From Parasitella parasitica NRRL 2501 (taxonomy: Eukaryota > Fungi > Mucoromycota): DNA of 64,000 nt. The stretch lies in assembly GCA_025201805.1 (NCBI GenBank), contig MU619261.1, forward strand, positions 65,593 to 129,592, read 5' to 3'. The notes below the pieces were generated by a model. It saw only the letters and a list, made by a program, of their open reading frames with translations. It was not told where the DNA came from and searched no databases. Positions 55,338 through 64,000 of the stretch are shown piece by piece; position 1 is the first letter of the stretch; each line of letters opens with the position of its first letter. The position numbers were made by a program, and so were the translations under genes.

Positions 55338-57795
55338 TTAAGAGAAATCATGCGGCGTGTTTGGCATTTCACTTGTTGCGACTTCCAAAGACTTCCAATG
55401 CTCGCTCCACTGCCTTGCGTACCTGACTTCATCTCTAACATATTTGTTGTACATGACTGATACACTGGCTTGTTGTTTATGGAGGTATGACAGCTCCTCA
55501 ATCAAGCAGTGTTTAATGAATATGTCACGCTGTCTGACAAGCGACAGCCCGCCAGTGGCTTCATCGAATGATGGGCCTGAGGATGTATTGTCATGTCGAG
55601 TGTCCTGTTCATCATGCGCAATAAACGGTTGCACTTGTCCTTTTTTGTATCTGGCCACCTGTCTAGATAGCGTTTCATTTTGAATGGGACCCATTTTTTC
55701 TCTGCGCTCAAGCAATTCCTACCCAATGTTCAAGTTAATATCGTCAGAAAAATAACAGCCATATCCACACATATACTCTAAACGATTCAAGTAGATCGCG
55801 CTGTCTTTTTAAGCCTTCTACAATACTATCGCCGGTTGCTTTTGCCTATGATATCCGCAAATTTTAGTAAATATATATATATATATTTGCATTGCGTTAA
55901 AGTCGAGTTGTTCAGTTACTTGTTTGTTCAGCATGACTCCTGCCTGCTGCAGAGATTTGACAATGCTGCTGTATCCGCGTATCACCTCTGGACAGCCCTG
56001 GCAGTCAGGCACCCAGCAGTTCTTGTCCAATTCACTCACAGAACTGCGCAATTCGTCACTACTATCATCACACATGCCCCATTGCGCTATACTCACTTTA
56101 GAGTGGTGCTATATCGCATATAGTCAGTGCCCAATGCCTTTTTCAGTCGATTCATCTGATTCATGATGACACACATGCGTTCGTACTGCTGTATTGATAC
56201 AGACAGTCTCTTTTTCATCCTAACAATTCGATCCTCCAAGTCCATGGGTATAGTTTGTTCTAGATACGCTATGTTGTGTGATTTCCTAACAAATTCCTCG
56301 TCTAGCGCAGGCGAATTTACTCTTTTCCATGAATTGATTTCCTATGCAATTGTTAGTAAGATTATCTTTTGAAGATCGACCAACGTGCCCCAAGTACATA
56401 CAGAAGGATGACTTAAAAATGCAATGACGACTTTATCTTTTCCCAATACAGGATGTCTTGCAACAGAGTTGATAAATCGAACAAGGCCCTTTCTTCTTCT
56501 CTCTTCAAACATGTCATTCCCTATTTCCATATAGCAATAAATACCTAGTGTGTAAATTATTAATTTTACGGATTATCAAACTTTACTTCCTCCAAGCTTT
56601 TTCGGGGGCAAATTTGGAATGACTCGATAGGGATATCTTTTCAGCAAAGTCTCCCATAACCACCAGAAATCACTGAATCGACGCAGCACTTTGTTGCCTA
56701 GCTTTTCGCTCTCCACTTCGTAATTGACGTGTTTGAATAAAAAGCCTTCCTTTTCAAGCGTGCGAGAAACGGTGATATGATCTAAATCCCGAAACCATTG
56801 GTTCATGGCTTCTTGTTCCTGCTGATGCCTCGAGCGATTGAGCTGCAGCAGATGTTGGTCGTCCGCTTCTGGCTGTACAGCAGTGTTCGTGCTTGACACA
56901 TCAGAAGGATCTGCTTGCTTTGTTTGATTGTTTTCCCAAGGATCTTCGTTTTTTGTTGGAGACTCTCTGTTTGCTTTTGGTATCTCTTGGATATTGTAAG
57001 ATTCCATGTCGGTTATCGTGGGGATAGGTAAATCTATCAGGGTCCGAGCATTTAATATAGAACTGGCTGTTATTTGCTAAATATTGCATACCATTTCTAT
57101 GCTGATACACTGTCTCCAATGAGATATCTAAGATAGCAAACGTTCCATTTGAGATTTTTTAATAGCTAGGCATACCGCTGGCTTACCCATATTTTTCTGG
57201 GCACAAGCAACGAGGGCTAGATAAGCATTGAATTCGTTCCGTGTCACCGAGCTTTCTCCAGTAGCGACAATCAGATTCATAATCTATGCACACATATACT
57301 TTGAAAAATTAGCAAAAAAAGTACATGAACGCACTGGCATACTTGCTTTTTGTTGTTGAAAGAGAGGTATACTGGCTAAATGTAGAATAATCTGCAGTGG
57401 TTTGACATTGATTTCCTCGCGATGTGGGTTTGATTTACTGTAAATATCGAGATAAACATCAGGAACATCCGCGCCCACTAATAGCCTTATTGTTAAACAT
57501 CTCAATATGTGTGATTTCAACAAGCAGAATACCTACAAAGGACATTGTTAGCAGTCAGCCTTGATCCAAACCCCCCATTTTGCTCGTCTAATTCTGATCC
57601 CATCATAAAACTAGAGTCTATGGCATAGGCATTGCTGTTCCTGGTATCAGTAAAGTCAAAGGAAGCATTACTGCTGGTAGTCCAAGGGTCGTCAGCGTAG
57701 ATGGGAGGTGTCGTTCGAGATAAAGACTGAGAGCTAAAGTATTGCAGTGGATTGCTATAGTCGGGACTTAGTATGTCGTCGCTGGGTGTTTGCAT
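55338..57795 (-). CDS. MVP1: Sorting nexin Mvp1/SNX8 (PX-BAR), multi-exon
   Basis: EKEGFLFKHVNY..RRFSDFWWLWETLLKRYPYRVIPNLPPKK, FEERRRKGLVRFIN..RHPVL; BAR region with CWVPDCQGC. Confidence 0.88.
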
Positions 57796-58192
57796 TACCT
57801 GGTCAAACGAAAATAAGAGTATAAGAGAAAGGGAAAAAGAAAACCGGAAGTATTGCGCACAAAGGAACATCTTGTAGTAATACATGTGTTTTAAGAAGCC
57901 GCGCAATGCAGACTAGGAGTAAAACATCAACAAAAAGAACTTGCACCTGAAACTCATTATCGACATGTGGATTCTTGTATCTTTTATTGGAAGCATTGTG
58001 TATTCTCCTGGCATGCTTGATGCTATTTCAGAATGTCTAGGCAAAGCCCTGCAACATCATTCCAAGCCGACATCCCATATTGGCTTTGCGTACAAGCGCC
58101 GTACAAAACAACGCCCAAAGGTGGGGAAGGGCGCTCTTTGCAATGTAACAGTGCTTTCAAACGACCGGACCGGAAGCTACAGTACAAGACGC

Positions 58193-58267
58193 ACGCGATT
58201 CGTACTAGAAACCCGCTCCTCCTCCTCCTCCTCCCCCCCCCCCCCCATTTATAATCCAAATACGCGT
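58193..58267. promoter_or_regulatory. Putative MCB-like G1/S elements upstream of PCNA
   Basis: ACGCGA at 58193 and ACGCGT at 58262; further TCGCGT (58744) and ACGCGT (58755) in the first coding intron. Confidence 0.5.
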
Positions 58268-58394
58268 CTTGGTTTTATATTTTCTTCTCTTTCCCTTTTC
58301 TTTTCTTCATCCCTTGAAAACTATTCAAATGTAAGTTGAGATTACAGCGTCTCTAATGAATGGTCTCAGATGTTGACTGTTGCATCTAGCTATA

Positions 58395-59323
58395 ATGCTC
58401 GAAGCCCGTCTCCCTCAAGCCAAGCTCCTTAAATCCTTACTTGAAGCTGTCAGAGAACTCGTTACAGAATGCAACTTTGAATGTAACGATTCTGGCATCG
58501 CCCTTCAAGCCATGGATAACTCTCACGTCGCTTTGGTTGCAATGTTGTTGCGCTCTGATGGCTTTGATCCCTATCGTTGCGACCGTAACTTACCCTTGGG
58601 CATCAATTTAGCTAATTTGGGTAAGATCTTGAAGTGTGCTCGCAATGATGATATCTTGACCATTAAGGCTGATGATGACGGTGACATCTTGAGCATGGTT
58701 TTTGAGAGTAAAGGTAATGTAGTGGTCGTGCAAGAAAGTTAGGTCGCGTCTTTAACGCGTGTTGGTTTAATAGAAAGTGAAAAGATCAGTGAGTACGATC
58801 TCAAGTTGATGGATATCGACAGTGAACATTTAGGTATTCCTGATACCACATATGAAGCTGTTGTCACTATGTCCTCTGCTCGATTCCAAGAAATCTGCCG
58901 TGATTTGCAAACTCTTAGTGATTCTGGTATGTTTTTTTTTTTCGTATCTTCTAAGCTTGATCGTCTAATTGACTCTTTTTCTTTTTTTTTCTTTTTTCTT
59001 TTTTTTTATTTCAAGTTACCATTGAATGTACAAAGGAAGGTATCAAATTCTCCAGCGATGGTGAGATTGGTAAGGGTGCTGTCACTTTGAAAGCCAACAG
59101 CTCTGTTGATAGCGAAGATGATGCCACCGTTATCGAACTTCAACAAAGTGTCTCTATGACATTCTCTATCAAGTACCTCGTCAACTTTACCAAGGCCACA
59201 CCTCTTGCACCTCGTGTCAGCTTAAACCTATCAACAGACGTTCCTCTGTTGGTTGACTACAAGCTTGAGAATCTGGGTTATGTTAGATACTACTTGGCTC
59301 CCAAGATTGGCGATGAAGAGTAA
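58395..59323 (+). CDS. POL30: Proliferating cell nuclear antigen (3 coding exons; probable 5'UTR intron ~58331-58389)
   Basis: [40 protein letters not shown]. Confidence 0.97.
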
Positions 59324-59712
59324 AACAAAGAAAACCAACCACAACAGCCCCATCCCAAAAATTAGTGTAAATTGCTCTCACTTTATACAAAATACGCATT
59401 ATTATATATATATATATTACTACTAGCATCAATTCCACGTCAAATAATGAATGCTCTTGAAAGAATAAAAAGTCAGCTTGAATCAACATTGGAATCAAAG
59501 ACTTTATAGATGGGATGTTTGCTATCAGCAGTGAGCGATTTAGAAAGGCGTGCCTTTCACATGAATGTGTCTTACTGCCACATACACGAACCACGGATGT
59601 CATGCTGCAAATATGGAAAAAACCATTGCGTGGAAGCGTAAATTTATTTATAGAATATCATTAATTAGTCGGTTTCTTTCTTTTTGAAGTTTGTATTTTC
59701 TTTATTAGTAAG

Positions 59713-59812
59713 ATGACTGCCCGTTTTTATCATGACAATGGTCAAAGTAGAATAGTTGATGAGCAAAAGAATGATTCAATGGACTGGGATGAGGAAAACT
59801 TTGACCTGTATG
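59713..59812 (+). pseudogene. Relic of a Tc1-like transposase N-terminus
   Basis: MTARFYHDNGQSRIVDEQKNDSMDW resembles MSSVFYYEDGQDNLYDENGMKVDDPM of the element at 25425. Confidence 0.5.
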
Positions 59813-60059
59813 TAGTCATTTCGCAGTTTCTGAAAGAAAGAAAAAAAAAGCTCAAGTAAATGATAAAGGTTATGGTGATTGCGATAATATATAAAAGCGT
59901 TTCTGGTTACAAACCTTTTATTTCTGATAAAAGCTAACAAGCTCCTGAGAGAAGAGAAATATCTCCCTAAATAGACCTCTTACCATCATTCATAGTGAAA
60001 ATACAAAAAGAATGAGTTGTGAAATAAGCTATATAGATCACATCTATAAGCTCCAGGTA

Positions 60060-60200
60060 GTCTTTGAAAAAGGCCACAGTTGTCTATTGACAAACATCTG
60101 TGATTCTGGGTGTAAGTGTGTCTGTTGGCTTTGGATCAAAAACCTTTAATTGGATTCAGGAACGAAGAGCAAGGTTAAAGATAAACACATTTATGTCCTT
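60060..60200 (-). pseudogene. Degenerate Tc1/IS630 transposase C-terminal relic
   Basis: Minus strand reads GHKCVYL*PCSSFLNPIKGF*SKA, the decayed form of the GYK..LPPYSP.LNPIE.FW motif. Confidence 0.65.
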
Positions 60201-60971
60201 GACATTTCATAAACTTCTATATAGATAATCTTTTATGAAAGGGTGTATTATCCTGGTGGTAAATTGTTTCCTTTTCTTTGGCATTTTCTTATTCCTTCAG
60301 TTGATCTGGTGTCTTCTAGTGTAGAGGGTCTTGTCAGACAAATACCAAGCTGGATTATGTATACCCAGTTGCACAGTAGAACAGCTAGTCAAACCTGTTC
60401 CATCTTTATGGTATTAAGATGGCTCAAAAGTGTGTGTCTTTGCAAAGTCAGGTATGTAGATTTCAGGTGCCTGATTTTTTTTTTTGGGTCTACGCGAACT
60501 TTAGTGTGTTAATGTCTGTTTTGTCAGAAGAAAGACAAAAACTACGAGAAAACAATGTTTAACGATCTCTAACATAAAAATAATTAATGCAAAGTAATGC
60601 ATCAGACTAGAAGACATCTTTTAATAAAATACTTGCATAGTTTAGAGCAAGTTTTTGTACTTTTCAAGTTGACATCAGATGACGGTGGCGACTTTTCTGA
60701 AAAAATATTTTTCAAGATCGGAGCGTGAGATCGTCAGGCCAGGTACAGACATGCAAGTGCTATCATTAGAAAGTTAAGAAGCACACAATTTAAATGAAAT
60801 AAATTTTGATTGTTTTTCTCTTGAATTGAGTAAGCTATGGCTTCTCAAAGCTAATGCTTTCTTCAAAAAAGCACCATTTTTCTTTGATAGCGGAGATTAA
60901 ACGCTTCCAAAATCAGGAAGTAAAAAATCTTTCAAAAACTCCATTTGGACAATTAGAAAACAAAATTCCTT

Positions 60972-63239
60972 AAGGATCTTGCCAATTGGAGGCCCATCTC
61001 CCTGATAAATACTGATTGCAAGGTATTCACTAGAATTTTGAATTCTCGGGTGATTGATGCTGCTAATCAGGTGATTACGCAACAACAAGCGGGTTTTATG
61101 CCTAACCGTTTTATTGGCGATCACGGCCTCGCTCTGCGAATTCTGATGGAAGACGCTCAACTATATTCCAACCGAGCTCTTGGGGTGGCCATCGATAGCG
61201 CTAAAGCATATGATTATGTCAACGAGAACTACATTTGCAAAGTATTGCAAAAGTTTGGTTTTCCCTCCACATTCATCACAAGCATTCGCAATTTGTTCTT
61301 TAAGAACCAAATAGTGATTAACGTTAACGGGTTTTTGACAGATTCTGTACAGCAGAAACGGGGACTACGCCAGGGGGATTCCATTTCTCCAGTGCTCTTT
61401 AACTTTGCCTTGGAACCTCTACTGCTAGCCATCTTAAATGATCCCAATATCAAAGGATACTCCTTGAACACCAAAGCCGTCAAATCATCGAACCTTCAAG
61501 TGCCATCTCCTGCTCCCATTAAACTGTTAGCTTATGCTGATGATTTATTAGTCATTGTCAACAGTAGTGCCGAGATGCAGGCCATTCAGGATCATATATC
61601 ATGCTATGGCCGTGCATCCAATGCTAGGGTTAATTATCATAAGTCGGTCGCTTTCCCCCTCTCTGGGGACAGGTCCGTCGTACGTCCAGATTTGTTCCGC
61701 CTCTCACGGCGCCTTCAATTCCAATGGCACGATTCAAATAGTGCGTCCTATATGAAATACCTTGGGTACCCCATCTGGTTTGGTGTCCACCAAAGGACGA
61801 AGTTTTGTGAAGAAAGTATCCTCAAGTTACAGGCGTCCCTCGACCGCCACTTAACGCGTAATATCTCTGTGTACGGCCGGGCAAAAATGGCCAATACTTT
61901 GTTCCTGGCTAGATTCTGGCACGTATTGAGGATTACTACGTTCCCTTTGGCCTTTATCAGGAAGATATCCTCTATGATTTACCAATTTATATGCTACAGG
62001 ATCTTTCCGCCTATGAGGAAATCTGTCATTTACTTACCCAAAGAAGATGGTGGTCTGGCAGTTTTCGACATAACTGTGCAACAACATATACTACAGCAGC
62101 GTTATGTCAGGGCTCTCCTGATAGACGCCCCAGGTGAGCAGCAGCTGCCTAGTTTCCTCCTGCAGCTCCTCTCAACGTTCATACAAGTAACGTATGGGGC
62201 TCCCTACGTGCAGTTACCATTGTTGTTTAAGAACTTTCGCTGGGGCTCGCCTTTGACTGGCCTACATTGCCTCCTCCCAATTTTGCGCTCTGTCGATGCC
62301 TTTTATATTGATGATTCCTGGGATCAAAGCCAACTGTCTTTTGACACGCTGCTGAACTTTCCTCTCGTTGCCCTATGTCAACAGGATGACGCTGCCCATA
62401 GCATTGTTCAACACAGACAGATACGACAAAAACCGGCCAGCACTTTCTTAGAACCAAGTCGCTTATCCGAGGCTCTAGTCTTTAAAGCTCGAAGCAGCTG
62501 TCCCAACCCTGGCCTGTTGACAAAGATTCTTCGAGCGGTAAATTCGGGTGCTCTGTCCTTCATCTCGTCCATCAACGTATACTTGTCTTCTCCCTCTGGC
62601 CCTTCTCTGAGTGCCGCGGGCAGTGGTGTTGACTTCTCGCCGTATTTTCGTTCTAAGTTCATCTACCAAGGAATATTGGTCTTGTCCATGACTAATTCTC
62701 AGCTGCGAACGATGTATATGCGAGATCACCCACCAATCAACCGCCCAGCGCTGGATGTTCATCGCTTTACTGCTATATCCTCCTTCCTCCATACGCGGAT
62801 GCCCAGCTCAGCGCGTAATCTTTGGTTTCGTTTGCTACATAACAAAGTCTCATCTAAGGTGAATTTGCGGCCTATCCTCAAGCTGCCGGATGAAATGTGT
62901 GTTTTCTGTGGCGGTCGTGAGACTACTGCCCACATGTTGTTCACTTGCCCATCTCATGCTGATGCTTGGCAAAACTACTTTGCCTTGGTCTTTGTGCCTT
63001 CTGGTCCACTGAATATGGATCAGGTATCTCAAGATGTAATGTCGTTAAACCTACAGGGATACCGTCTTCTGGACTCCGAATTGAAAGTTTCTGTTTTCGA
63101 AGCGGTTACATGTCTACTGACTTCTGTCTGGCGTGCCAAATGGCAACACTATTTTGATGCAGTTGCCCCTGACAACCAATCCATCGTGGATCGTGCCATG
63201 GTCAATTTGCGACACTTATCGGCTCTTAACATTTTGTAA
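60972..63239 (+). CDS. LINE ORF2 fragment: reverse transcriptase plus C-terminal zinc knuckle (endonuclease domain missing)
   Basis: NWRPISLINTDCK, QQQAGF, DSAKAYD, GLRQGDSISP, AYADD, KYLG, CVFC..ETTAHMLFTC; open frame from the truncation point. Confidence 0.9.
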   Translation, partial: KDLANWRPISLINTDCKVFTRILNSRVIDAANQVITQQQAGFMPNRFIGDHGLALRILMEDAQLYSNRALGVAIDSAKAYDYVNENYICKVLQKFGFPSTFITSIRNLFFKNQIVINVNGFLTDSVQQKRGLRQGDSISPVLFNFALEPLLLAILNDPNIKGYSLNTKAVKSSNLQVPSPAPIKLLAYADDLLVIVNSSAEMQAIQDHISCYGRASNARVNYHKSVAFPLSGDRSVVRPDLFRLSRRLQFQWHDSNSASYMKYLGYPIWFGVHQRTKFCEESILKLQASLDRHLTRNISVYGRAKMANTLFLARFWHVLRITTFPLAFIRKISSMIYQFICYRIFPPMRKSVIYLPKEDGGLAVFDITVQQHILQQRYVRALLIDAPGEQQLPSFLLQLLSTFIQVTYGAPYVQLPLLFKNFRWGSPLTGLHCLLPILRSVDAFYIDDSWDQSQLSFDTLLNFPLVALCQQDDAAHSIVQHRQIRQKPASTFLEPSRLSEALVFKARSSCPNPGLLTKILRAVNSGALSFISSINVYLSSPSGPSLSAAGSGVDFSPYFRSKFIYQGILVLSMTNSQLRTMYMRDHPPINRPALDVHRFTAISSFLHTRMPSSARNLWFRLLHNKVSSKVNLRPILKLPDEMCVFCGGRETTAHMLFTCPSHADAWQNYFALVFVPSGPLNMDQVSQDVMSLNLQGYRLLDSELKVSVFEAVTCLLTSVWRAKWQHYFDAVAPDNQSIVDRAMVNLRHLSALNIL

Positions 63240-63245
63240 TATAGT

Positions 63246-63335
63246 NNNNNNNNNNNNNNNNNNNNNNNNNNNNNNNNNNNNNNNNNNNNNNNNNNNNNNN
63301 NNNNNNNNNNNNNNNNNNNNNNNNNNNNNNNNNNN
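63246..63335. other. Scaffold gap (N run) in the LINE 3' UTR
   Basis: 90 N bases. Confidence 1.
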
Positions 63336-64000
63336 AAAAAAAAAAAAAAAAAAAAAAAGAAAACAAAATTACTTCTTTGAGGAAGATATCATCCTCTTAT
63401 ACTATGCATACCACGGCTGTCAGTTTATGATAATAGCTGTATTGTTGGGCTCTCTACACAATGGTGTCATTTTCATAATCCCCGTATACTTATGGAAGAA
63501 ATTCTGCCAAAAAACCTCAAAAATGAATTAAGAGCGAAAAGTCAACATTTTGCTTAATCAGAGCGGCATTTCCAATCTTTCAGATCAAGGAATGACCTTT
63601 TACGGTCATTTTCTTCTAATATATGACATAGTGAAAAGTTGCATTTTTGAGGTCAAAATCGAGGATATTGCATAGTCAATGATTTTGGATGTGTGGATAC
63701 AAGGAAAAAATCGAAAAAATCCGTCATTTTGCATCGAAAAAAAAATCATGCTCAAATTGCACCAAAATCATATATAATATAGTTTTTTCCCCATGGATAC
63801 TATTTCTGGCGTTTTCAGGGCATTTTAAATAATAAAAATCAGTCAAAAGATGGCACACGAAGCTAAAGTTCTAGCTTTTAAGCTGTAAAAATTATCTATC
63901 TGGAGATGATATCACGTCAATGTCAATTTTAGTACATGACAAAGCCCTACAAAGTAAGCATTTTTGATGCCACAAGAATACCTTTCTTTAAAAAGTACTA

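Larger units (their letters stand above)
60968..63357 (+). mobile_element. 5'-truncated L1-like non-LTR retrotransposon with poly(A) tail and 13-bp TSD
   Basis: TSD AGAAAACAAAATT at 60955-60967 and 63358-63370; poly(A) at 63336-63357; RT ORF inside. Confidence 0.92.

Noticed and set aside
63450-64000. A-tract-rich sequence resembling a DNA transposon terminus
   Set aside because: No partner TIR or TSD is visible within the window.

Overview
Eukaryotic, intron-rich, AT-rich fungal DNA with Mucorales-like gene content and intron style. It contains about 20 host genes: a Myb factor, a large hybrid histidine kinase, DOA1, LAT1, ATP19, four RlpA/expansin-like paralogs, a BUR1/CDK9 kinase, glutaredoxin, an IML2/TTC39-like protein, an AIF/AMID-like oxidoreductase, ISC1, kinesin-13, ARP2, ATP1, MVP1 and PCNA. 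There are two scaffold gaps. Three features stand out. (1) A 6.8-kb composite mobile structure at 25219-32023 has 1.85-kb inverted arms. Each arm is a TA-flanked Tc1/IS630 (DD34E) element plus 172 bp. The arms enclose an inner element with its own ~170-bp TIRs and a spliced PD-(D/E)xK-like nuclease gene, and the whole unit sits inside the expansin-like cluster. (2) A receptor at 3114-10147 is built like a natriuretic-peptide receptor guanylyl cyclase (signal peptide, two solute-binding domains, Cys-rich region, TM, pseudokinase, signalling helix), but the cyclase is replaced by a HisKA-HATPase-receiver output. (3) A 5'-truncated L1-like LINE has a poly(A) tail and a 13-bp TSD. Exon boundaries were read by eye and are approximate. 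No database searches were run.
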